A stretch of DNA of 64,000 nucleotides from Eledone cirrhosa (lineage: Eukaryota), in the NCBI GenBank assembly GCA_964016885.1, contig OZ024740.1, forward strand, positions 181,846,001 to 181,910,000, read 5' to 3'. Of the stretch, positions 40,130 through 52,100 are shown piece after piece. Position 1 is the first letter of the stretch; every line of letters begins with the position of its first letter. Below the pieces are notes generated by a model. It did not search any database. It had not been told where the DNA came from and saw only the letters and a list, made by a program, of their open reading frames with translations. Position numbers and translations under genes: made by a program.

Positions 40130-41080
40130 TTTTTCTTTCATGAACTTCAATTGTTTATTCTGTAGAGACAGCCTTGCCATCACATGACTTTTATCCACAT
40201 TTCTTTACCAACAAGCAAACAAACAGATATAGTTTCATGTGAATTTTTGCCAAAAATATATAAAACAAAAAGACAAAATTGAGAAAACTCACTTTGAAAT
40301 GGATTAAAAATAAAACCAACTCCTCATTATCTTGTAAGTTTACATGATGGCAAATAAGCAGGAATGGTAGAATGCCAGATAGACTTAAACAACTTTTATT
40401 TCTCTGTGTTCCGAGTAAATGAAAGTAAATGAAACCTCTGTTGGTTTTCAATTGTTCAAGCAAAAGAATTGTCAGCTTGTTAAATTAATGTGAAAGTGGC
40501 TAAGTATTCCACAGATAAGTGTATCCTTAACATGATTCTCAGACACAACAGTGTATGACAAGGCTGGTGTTTTTTATTTACCCTTCCAGTCTATCTGAGG
40601 AACTTCCAGATTCTGTCTATTGAATTCCATTCACAAAGATTGAGTCAACCTGTGTCTTTGGTAAAAGATGTAGTGGGATCAAACCCGGACTATCATGATT
40701 GTGAAATGAACTTCCTATCTATTTGGCCATGTTGCATCAATGTTATAGTTCTACAAATTTGAAATTTGTTTATTGCTTTGTTTAACATCTTGTTTCATGA
40801 ACTCCAATTGTTTATTGCTTTGTTTATCATTTTCTTTCATGAACTACAATTGTTTATTCTGTTGAGACAGTCACTTCATCACATGCTTTTTATCCACATT
40901 TCTTTACCAACAAGCAAACAAACAGAGATATAGTTACACATGATTTTTTTTCCAAACATAAATGTAAAAATAAATAAATTGAAAAATTCACTTTCAAATG
41001 GATTGCAAAGAGAACATTCTCATTATTGTGAAAGTTTACAAGGTAGGAAGGAGGCAGGAATAATAGAAGGCCAGACAGAA
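40130..41080. repeat. Old local direct duplication of about 250 bp (40130-40385 and 40830-41080)
   Basis: Shared TTTATCCACATTTCTTTACCAACAAGCAAACAAACAGA with alignable flanks. Confidence 0.85.
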
Positions 41081-42616
41081 AATAAACATCTTGTAGCATT
41101 TCGTTACAATTTTCTTTGATTTGAGTTCAAAGTTTAAAATAAAGTGTTTCAACGATGTGTGTTTCAGTTCCTTAATCAGCAAAATTACCTCCTCATTAAC
41201 GCTGTCTTTACCATATTTATATTGAAAGATACTACGTATTATTTTCAAAATATTTTGAAAATAATTAAGAATTTGGAGGAGTTCAGTAAAATAAGTAACT
41301 TTCTCATTACTAAGCTCATTATATAAAATTACAAAAGATTGGCTGAAACGTTTATAGGCTGACCAAGATACTCCCATGCAATGATCAAATGAGATTTATC
41401 TTTCAACATACTCCCTGGAAAGAAACAATACAGTTATTGATTGTTACTACTTTTGGTACAAGGCCAGCAATTACCTCAGTACATTACAGGTACTTTCTTT
41501 TATCGACCCTGTAAGGATGAAAGGCAAAGTTAACCTCAGCGGGATTTGAACTCAGACCATAAAGCGCCGTAACTCTATATGCTGCAAAGCATGGCATCTG
41601 ACCCTCTACCGATAACACAGTTATCAATAAGTGTTAACATGAATGCATGCAAGATTTCACAGCTATGGTATCACTCCTTCATAGTTGGCCTATGAACTTT
41701 TCAGCCAACCCTCGTATGATGGAAGATTTTTAGAAGAATATAAACACTTGAAAATAAACATCTTTGTATCATATAGCTGAAGGTAGTTTCAGGCTGTTTG
41801 GTATCAAAAAAATTAAATTGACATGTAAGTGGCTGTGTAATCTACAAAGAAGTTGTACCTGTATCAGAATTGTCTGGATGATTCAGTTATCACAGTGTAT
41901 TTGTCATAGCTGGTTCCTTGAATTCCAATTGAATCTAGGGTCTTCTCACCCTGGTTATGTTTCATATGTTTCAAAGTTCTTAGTTCAAATCACTCCAAGG
42001 TTGAGAAATTAAGAACTATACATGAACTGGTACCTATTTCATTGACTGTAAATTCTGGTATTATGACTAGCTAAGAAATATAGTTTGTTGATGAATGCAG
42101 TAAATTAGTAAAATAATTATAGCATCATTCAAAATGCTTTGCAAAATCGGTAAAACAATGAACAACATGCTTTGCAGAATATAGTTATGCCCCTTTACAT
42201 TCAGATTTCAAATCACCTGAAGTTAGCTTTGCCTTTTAGCCATATGGGGCCGATAAAATAAAGTAACAGTAATGCATTGGAGTCGATTTAACTTGCACCT
42301 TCCCTTAAAATTGTTGGTGTTGTGCTTAAATCGGAAACTATTATTTAATTGCAGTCTTTCTATTTGGTTGTGTCTAATAGAAGTTTTGTTGAGTGTTATA
42401 ATATGGGCCCCAGCCCAAACCTATCATGTCATTATTTTCATGGCTACAGGAAGTGGGATTTGAACAAATAACTAGGGAAGATGCTCAAGGCATCACATCC
42501 ACCATAGATACTTTATTTATCAACCTTGAAAAGATAAAAGATGAAATTGACCTCAAATATATATATATATTGTCACACACACACACGCACACACACATAT
42601 ATATACACATCCACAG

Positions 42617-42679
<63 letters not shown>

Positions 42680-43189
42680 GACAGGGGGGAAGAAAAAATG
42701 GCTTCACTTGTGCTTTCAACAAATTTATTTTCAAAATCCAAAAATAATTTTTTTCCGGATTAGAAAAAAAAATTTTTTTATTTTTTTTTCTTAAAAAAAA
42801 TTATTTTATAAATTAAGTTAGGTCTTAGGAGTTCTTGGTTAACGTAGGAGGTATTGTTTCGTTTTTAGAACGACCTTTCACGCTGAGGTGCGCTTGTCAA
42901 ACTGATGTGTATGTGGTGTGTTGTTCTATATATAGGGATTTAGCATGTCTGTGGTGTGGTGGGGTTTTTTTTCTCCCCCTTTTAATAAGTGTATGGGTGT
43001 AGGTGTGTTGAAAAAGTGTTAATAGCAGTAATGATTTGAGACGGTGAGTAGGGTTGGGTGGGGAGAAATGTAGCAAGTGCGGCCTGCGCCGGTCATTCTC
43101 GAAAAATTCCTTTATTCAGGGGATTCCTTTGAGTTGAGAATGGTCACAGGCAAATCGCACCTGCCAAGTTTGTAAACAATTATTTTTTT

Positions 43190-43960
43190 GCTATAGCAAA
43201 ACACCCCGTACTACAAGAAAAAAGATTATGTGACCTGAAAAAATTCCTTAAAAAACAAGAATACCCGATGAAACTCATCAACGCAGCCATCTCCAAGGCT
43301 AAGAACATCCCCAAAACAACACTGAGAAAACCAAACCCACAACATAAAAAAGAAAACCCTGCTATCTCTTTTGTCATCACTCACAACCCAGGGAACATCA
43401 ACATTGTGAAAACTGCTAAGCAGTATCTCCCGATTCTACAGCAATCTACCAAAATGAATGCACTTTTAAAAAACACACAGATAATTTATAGCAGACGCCA
43501 AGCACCCAACCTTAAAAACTAATTACCAAGGCAAAATTTACGACCAACATGGAATCAATGCAAGTGACGAAATGCGGGGACCCTAGATGTGGAACCTGTG
43601 AACTCATCGAAGAGGACAAACAGTTGTCCTTCAAAAACCATGATAATTTCAAGGTCAATGCAAACATGAACTGCAAAGCGAAAAACCTAATATATTGCGC
43701 AACATGTCCACAGTGTAAAGAGTATTACATTGGGGAAACCGGAACGGGATTACATGATAGAGTCCGGGTACATAAACAACAAATTAAAGACCCCACAGTC
43801 AGAAATACCACATGTAGCGCACACTTTGCATCATGCGGGAAGGGAAAATTCACAATCTTCCCTTTCTTCAAGATATGGTCGGATAACGAACATTTCCGCA
43901 GATATAAAGAAGAATTCTTCATTGAAAACCACTACTGAACACGAAAAAATGAACTAACAC
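43190..43960 (+). pseudogene. PLE RT thumb, linker and GIY-YIG endonuclease remnant (frameshifted)
   Basis: KQEYPMKLINAAI, FVITHNP, RRQAPNLK; CGDPRCGTC, CKAKNLIYCATCPQCKEYYIGETG..DRVRVH..SAHF. Confidence 0.9.
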
Positions 43961-44143
43961 TCGGAGGTAAAATTCCATTTCACTACCCCCCCCCCTCTTC
44001 TTATGTGTACACATGAATATCTGAGTGAACGGTGAGACACACACATATATGTGTGTAGGTATGTATGGATGTATGTACGTGTGGGTATACATGTATGTGG
44101 GTGTGTGTATGTGTGGGTGTATATATATGTATGGATGTGTGTA

Positions 44144-44208
<65 letters not shown>

Positions 44209-44261
44209 ATGTGTGTATATGTATGTATATATATATATATATATGTATGTGTATGTTTGTG

Positions 44262-44313
<52 letters not shown>

Positions 44314-44360
44314 TATATGTTTATATGTGTGTGTATGTATATGTATGTATCTATATATAT

Positions 44361-44791
44361 ATTTAGTTAAAGGGGTACCACTTTGACCCCTTTAACTAAA
44401 TTTTGTCCGAACAACACCACTAGAAGAATTTACCTCCCCCGCCAACCCTAACACGCCTCATTAAGCTAACTGCTGCCAAAACATTCTCTCCTTACAATCT
44501 CTACTAGTCTGACAGTCTTAAATCCTAGGACTCCCTCCCCCTTACTCACTTCCCTCTTCCCCTTCTCTTCCTACTTCCTTCTTTTTCTTTTATCTAGTGT
44601 ATAAAATATTTTCATATCATTCCAATACAAAGGTCTGACGACATGGTGTGTTTGCTTGCAGTGTACCTTCGGTTTATGATAATATTTTTATATTATTCAA
44701 ATAGCGAGGTATAGGTAACCCATACACTATAGAAACAATTGTTACCTAATACATTCTTTATACCCGCATTTCCGTTTCATAAACTTCTTCT

Positions 44792-44793
<2 letters not shown>
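44361..44793 (+). mobile_element. TA-flanked segment with a terminal 16-bp-arm hairpin and a hammerhead, probably a nested PLE pseudo-LTR
   Basis: ATTTAGTTAAAGGGGT-9 nt-ACCCCTTTAACTAAAT at 44361-44401; hammerhead at 44631-44747. Confidence 0.55.
44631..44747 (+). ncRNA. Type I hammerhead ribozyme with a long (about 90 nt) stem II
   Basis: AGGT-CTGACGA(44635-44641)-CATGGTGTGT..TACCTTCG..CGAGGTA..ATACACTATA-GAAA(44732-44735)-CAATTG-TT-ACCT. Confidence 0.7.
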
Positions 44794-44843
<50 letters not shown>

Positions 44844-44896
44844 GTATATGTATGTGTATGTATGTATGTGTGTATGTATGTACTTGTATGTGTATG

Positions 44897-44952
<56 letters not shown>

Positions 44953-45036
44953 GATATGTGTATATGTGTATATGTATGTATATGTGTGTATGTGTCTGTG
45001 TGTGTTTATGTGTACATATATATATATGTATATGTG

Positions 45037-45091
<55 letters not shown>

Positions 45092-45947
45092 ATATGTGTG
45101 TGTGTATGCCTATCTCTATATATATATATGTATATATATGTATGTGTGTGTGTGTGTATGCATGTATGTCTGAACGGAGGTATGAGTACATATTCGTGTG
45201 TGTACGTATGTGTATATGTGTTTTTATATGTGTCTTTATATGTTTTTGTGTATGTATGTGGATGTATATGTACATGGGTGTGTGATTGATGGTGTGTGCC
45301 TATATATTCCTACATATGCCCGTGTGTGTATGTACGTATATACGCACATATGTGTGTGTTGAACAAAGGACTAATTTTGGGATGGACGTAGAAAAATTCT
45401 TCAGAAAAAAATAATTGTTTACAAACTTGGCAGGTGCGATTTGCCTGTGACCATTCTCAACACAAAGGAATCCCCTGAATAAAGGAATTTTTCGAGAATG
45501 ACCGGGGCAGGCCGCACTTGCTACATTTCTCCCCACCCAACCCTACTCACCGTCTCAACTCATTACTGCTATTAACACTTTTTCAACACACCTACACCCA
45601 TACACTTATTAAAAGGGGGAGAAAAAACCCCCACCACACCACAGACATGTTAAATCCCTATATATAGAACAACACACCACATACACATCAGTTTGACAAG
45701 CGCACCTCAGCGTGAAAGGTCGTTCTAAAAACGAAACAATACCTCCTACGTTAACCAAGAACTCCTAAGACCTAACTTAATTTATAAAATAATTTTTTTT
45801 AAGAAAAATAAAATGTGTTTTCTAATCCGGAAAAAAATTATTTTTGGATTTTGTGAAGAAAATAAATTTGTTGAAAGCACAAGTGAAGCCATTTTTTCTT
45901 CCCCCCTGTCTTAATATACCTAACTGTACCAAGGATTACACACATTT

Positions 45948-45986
<39 letters not shown>

Positions 45987-48900
45987 CTTCCTTGAACTTT
46001 CACCTCCTAATGGAGTCATAGATGAGCTGTCATTTCTTCCAAAGTGAGTTGAATGTATGAGGCCAAAATGGGGTTCCTCCGAAGGGTCTTTGGAATAACG
46101 TTACTTGATGGAACATATAGTTCTGAGATCAGAAAGTCACTCCAGGTAGAGATAATACTTCTCCAAATTGAGAGGTCACAACTGCAATATTATGGACATG
46201 TGGTTCAAATGTTTGAGGAACTTATCGCTTGTCATATTCTTCAGGAAAACCAACTAATAGGAAAACCACGGGTAGATCCCAAGCAAGGCGGTTGAATAAC
46301 ATCCATGAGCTCAGCTGGTCTTGCTTGGGGATCCAGGCAGATTAAATTGAGATGGTTGCTTCCGACAGGGCCAACTGAAAGAAGTGTTTCAGGACTCTGC
46401 CCTCATGACCCTCCCAGGAATAAGTGGGCAGAGAAGAAAAAGAAGAGAGTTTGAGGTGAGATGAAGAATCAAACCAAGTAAAACTTGATACATTATGTTT
46501 CATGTCCAAAAGGCTGAAAGACAAATTTGAACTCAGTGTGCAGGGCACTAGAATGAATATCTCATCGATTTCATTCAGATGCTCTAACAATTCAGCCAAT
46601 TACCCACCTGATCAACCTTCTTTACTTGGCTTTGAATATCCAAGATTTTGGCGAATCTGTAATAAATTAATATATTCTGACAGTGCAACAAGGCCAGAAA
46701 TTTAGCAAAAGGGTGTAAGTTGATAACTTGGTAATTTATCTTATAACTTGATAACATTTCGTAACTCTTTTATAAACCCCAAAGAAATATATGGCAAGAT
46801 ATTTAAACTGAGTCTGTTAAGTATCATAACTAAATACAGCAAATCATTTTCTTCAATACTGTAACATATTGTTCAAGTTTAACACTGCGAAATGTCATAA
46901 ATGATAGTTATAGAATGAATGAATATCCTGTAGTATACAGTTGCCTTCCTTCAGATTCTCCATTTAAAATTTTGTCTGGATCAGTTGAGCTTGATTTTTA
47001 ACTCTCTAAATTTGATACAAAATAAATAACAATAATATTCTATTTTCTGTCTTCTAAAGAATTGTACTTGTGTTAATATAGAAAAATAATATAATGATAA
47101 TATAGAGCATGCAGCCTGCAAACTACTATGGCCTACAGCAGAAGAATTTCCATGACTAATATTTTCCTAAAGCTTGGTAAGTAATTTATCATTCACCCTT
47201 CTATACTCTTGCAATTTATCGATGAAATGCAATAAAATGGAAAAAACAAAATTCATCAAAAGTTAGAATGAAAAAAAAAAAAAAGTAATTTACTAAAAGG
47301 AAAAATGGATTTATGGAAAATTTGTCCTATAATTATACTAAGTTATATCATCGCTATTATACACTCAGTGCACCCTCCTTTGCTGCTAATTAGATCATCT
47401 AGAGAGCAGAAGCTATCAATCACGACTATGGATCCTTCCTGTGACTAGAAAAGGTTTATATGCAGTCATCCTCTCAATTTCTCCTGTGCATCTTCTACAT
47501 GCAAAGTTCTCCCTTCCTCTTAGTATACTCATTATCTTACAAGGTTACATTATCTACATTGTATGGAGTGTATGCCTACTCCTTTTCTGTTTATTGAGCA
47601 TGGCCACTATGATGACAAATGTACATAGGTACATTAAACACACTGTGCACTTCTCTGCTAGAATGTGCAGTGTATATATCTCAAATCCCTCCCTATTACC
47701 TTCAAAAGGAAAGAACTAACCCGAACGCAAATCATCCTAGAAAAAAGAAGCAGATTGTTCACAGTAGGAATGGTTTTAATTGTCTGTCTATTTGATCATA
47801 TTTGATAGGGACAAAACATCAATAAAAGCAATGAAATGGTATTTTGAGTGATAACTGTTAATGTTCAGTCTCCACAATTCATAGCATTTATTAGTATTTA
47901 TTAATTCTTTTTTCCAATTTATTTAGCCTGAAGCTAATTAAAAATCTTTAGATGAACATATTTTCTTTTCTTTGCTGGGGTGTAAATGATCAAGCATCAA
48001 AAGCTTCAAGTGGGGATTAGATATGATAGAAATAATTTTAAATAAAGAGTAATCAACCAAAAAAATCTAAATCTATTTGATTTTTAAAGACTTTTATTAT
48101 TATAATTATGAGAAGAAGGGAAGGGTATTAGAGGAAGGATTTAAATTATTGAAACCATGCAGATATTGCTCCTTTTGAAATTTAAACTCCCTACAAAACA
48201 CATTTTGTTTATCAATAAACAATAGAAAAATAAAGAATGATCATTTACATTTAATTCTTTTACTGCTTTCAATTATTAGAAAGTGGCCATGTTGGGGCAA
48301 TGCCTTGGAGGGATTTGATCGACCATATCAACACCAATAACTATTTTAAAAATTTGGTACTTATTTCATCAATCAAGTGTTGACAAAATGCTAAGTTATG
48401 GAACATGAACAAACACACATACACATACACACACACATACACATGGCCAACATAAGCACAGTATCTGTCTACCAAATTTCACTAATTAGGTATTGGTCAA
48501 CTCGAGGTCATAAAAGGAGACAGTTGCCCAAGAAGATACACATTGGGACTGGAGCTGAAGCCGTGTGGTTGCAAGGTGAACCACTTAAGAAGGCAACCAT
48601 GCCTATATAAACATTAACAAATTATTTTTCAATTTACAGCATGAGATATTCTTTTTTTCTTTCATTGTGTCAGTAAATTTTCTCACCAGGCACTGAATTG
48701 GCAGAGTGATTAGAATGTCACATTAAATACTTTGCCACATTCATTTTTGCTCTCTGCTCTCAAATCATGCTGAGGTCAATTTGTCTTTCACCCATTTGAG
48801 GTAATAATAAAAGTAGTAGTCTAATCCTCTATATACATTTCCCACTTCCTCTCTCTCTCACTTTCTATCTGAAACATATTGAACTCATATTGAGTGTTAT

Positions 48901-49060
48901 TTAATGAGTGCTGTGTAAATGTTTGATTATTAAAGACAGCCAATCATATCACAATCATGTGTCTCAAGTGTGCTCACGTTTTTTGCCTATATATTATGCT
49001 TCAGTTTATCCAAAAGGTTCAAAGCACATTCTGACTGCTCTGATGGTTTGAGGAGTACAC

Positions 49061-49143
49061 CATTCTTTATTAGTATTATTATTGTTACATTCTTTATTAG
49101 TATTATTATTGTTACATTCTTTATCAGTATTATTATTGTTACA
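49061..49143. repeat. 27-bp tandem repeat, 3 copies
   Basis: CATTCTTTATTAGTATTATTATTGTTA three times. Confidence 0.95.
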
Positions 49144-52100
49144 TGATGGCTTCAATTCAACAGTTCTACAGTTCAACCTTTCTACAGTTTATTGTGCTTC
49201 ATTGTGTCGAAATAAAAATTTGTAATTTACTGTTCCTTGTTAAATTACCTATGCCGATAAGGAAATAAACAAGATACCACATTATCCTTCTCTGGAAAAA
49301 ATCTGCTGTATTCAGAACTGGAGATGAGATGGGCTCCCCAGGTTTAGAAATGCCCTAGAAACACTGTATGTCAATATGGCACCCCTACGACTCCTCCTGG
49401 GGTTACAGGATCATTCATGTAATCCCTCTCAGCTGTGTAACTGAACAATCACTTGTGATTTTACTATTTACTTTGGAAAATTGCTTTTCCAACAAATGAC
49501 AGTTGTGAGGGCATATCAATATGTCTTGTGCTATTTATTCCGGCTCTCTGTAATTTTTGGTGCTGCAGTCAAATTTGCCTTCCACCATTTGGGGGCTGAT
49601 AAAGTACCAGTCTAATGTGGTGGAGAGGTTGTATCATAGGCGCACCTCGTGGTATTTGTGTTCTGAGTTCAAATCATGTTGCCACATTCTTGTTTATTTG
49701 ACTTAATCTATATCACACCAATGCCTGTCTCTTGGTTGCCTTTAACAGAATTCCCTCTGTTGCAAGCATTCAGACAGCATTTTTAGTTTGACAATACTTT
49801 CTTCGCTCCACTTCTTCCATCAGTCATACCAACTAAACGGTAAAAAACCAGTATTCACTGCCAATATTTCCCTCTAAATTATCTCTACATTCTTTTTCAG
49901 CCAGTGTACAGATGGAATTAAATAATACAAATACAAATTTGCACACACACATGTAACAACAAAATACAAAAAAAAAATAGGTACATTCAAAGTACAATAT
50001 CTGCTTTGTAGCTTATGTTGATAAATAGCCAAATTTAATGCTATATTAACTGAACTGCATTTTTCTATACCATGTCGCCATGCCAAAATAAAAAAGAACT
50101 ATGCAAATTTATGACCTTGTGTAAATTATCCGAATTGGTTCTGGTTTATATGCACTTGACATTTCAGTGTTTATATTTGTCTTTTTTTTTTGTTGTTTTA
50201 TAGTTTCTTACTTTTTGTAACTAAGGTAGATTTTGCACATCAAAATCATTTTTGCACAAACATTAAAAAAATAGAATATATTATTCATCACTGAGTCATC
50301 CCCCCCCCCCACCCCTGTCTTTTGGATTTTTTTCCTTTTTTTCTTTCCTAATTTGTTCATTCATTTGAATATACTGATACAATACCCAGGCAATTAGATA
50401 CAAACTTAGACCTTTTCATTCATGAGGCTGACACCTTTTCAAATTAGCCATTTTGAAATTTTGCTGTCAGAAATATATTTCATTTGTAATTTTGCAAATA
50501 AAAGAAGGAAAAAAAAGAACTGACCATCTTTTTTTAAGTGGGGGGGGGGGATTAAGCTAAAGCATGCAAGTCATTTTAAATGATGATTTGGTTTTATAAG
50601 TGCAGTTAATGAAATTTCTAAGTTAGTTAAGGGTTAGTAATAGTTGAAATAATTGATTTTATTAGGATTTAAACACAGTACAATAAATCAGGATCAAACA
50701 AACTTGTATTTATCCAACAGACAAATAGTGATTCTGATTGGAATATTGGAAGGTTTTTTCCTGCCATCGATAGTTTTCTAACATGTTATTTTACTATAGC
50801 AATTCATTTAAATTTCACTGTTTTATTTCCCCTAAACATTATAACAATGTGCATTTTAAGGCCATTTGCACTGCTAAAGCTGAGGTTAGCTTTACACACA
50901 CATTCCCCATAACATGGGGTCCTTAGTAAAAATGAGTATGTGTGCTGTATTATCTGGGCTTTATGGTAGTAAATAGTTAGATAGATAGAGAGAAAATGGT
51001 ACCTGTATTAAGGAGGCCGATGGTGAGGTGAAATGTCAGGCTAACATCCACATCTTTGTTTCTTTGTTCAAAAATCAAATTCTCCCTCCCTATCTAAGAC
51101 CAAGCTACTTACTAACATGTGGTCTCCATTAATACGATGAGTCCTGGATAACTGTACACAAACATATTTCCACTTATTGCACATTTCTACCATCAGAGTT
51201 GTAAAGTCATTGCATAATAGTGATGGGTTAATTCATGGTAAATATATTTTGTTATGTATTTCGTCAGCACAGTTTAATAGGTTAATTCCATGGTAGCCTG
51301 GATGAAGATATGTCCAAATGGATAGGAAATTTGCTTCACAACCATGGGATTCCAGATTCATGACATCTTGAGCACGCTCTTCAACGATATCATTGGGTCA
51401 ACTCAAGATTTCTGGATAAAATTGGATGAAAAAAAAACAGCTTGAAAATATATCAGATGGAGAGGTTTTATAGTTCGTATGAATAGCCTTGTTACACACT
51501 ATGTAATGCTGAAACTATCTGAGAATTAAGCCAAAAGTTCAATTCTCTATCTTGAATACACAATCACATGCATGTTAAATTAATGAAAATACCATTCTAT
51601 TGACCAAACAACTGGAAAGCTCTTCACGAAAACCAACCATTTATCTTTATCTTATCAACCAGAACAGTACATGTCAGTTCGACTAGGTTTTACGATTAAC
51701 AACCATGTCCTCCTGAAATATAATTTAAGTTAAGCCAACAGTTTCTTACACAAAATATACTTAACTTTTTACATAATGACTGGAAAATGGAGATAAACAT
51801 TAACCTTCAAAACTGCCTATACACTGAGGAAACATTTACCATTTTTATACTTTATAATTCAAGAAATATTTTATTAGCTTTCAATGCTGTAATTATTATC
51901 TTTCTCAATCTCACACACACACTCACTCTCTTTATAACATTTATTCAGTTGTTTTCTTAAAAGTATCATCATTATCATCATTTAACATCTTATTTTCCAT
52001 GCTTTCATATCAAACAGGTCGTCCACACTACAAGGCAACTCTGGCCATTTGGCTGCCCTGTACCTTGCGCAGAGAACTGTATTTTGGTCATTTTTTTACA

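Larger units (their letters stand above)
42674..45952 (+). mobile_element. 5'-truncated Penelope-like element (Neptune-like) with about 515-bp inverted pseudo-LTRs and a 34-bp tail
   Basis: 42674-43189 is the near-identical reverse complement of 45405-45918; tail at 45919-45952. Encloses RT thumb and GIY-YIG coding sequence; TA-flanked. Confidence 0.9.

Noticed and set aside
42674-45918. DNA transposon with long terminal inverted repeats
   Set aside because: The interior encodes PLE RT thumb and GIY-YIG rather than a DDE transposase, and the asymmetric tail fits inverted pseudo-LTRs.
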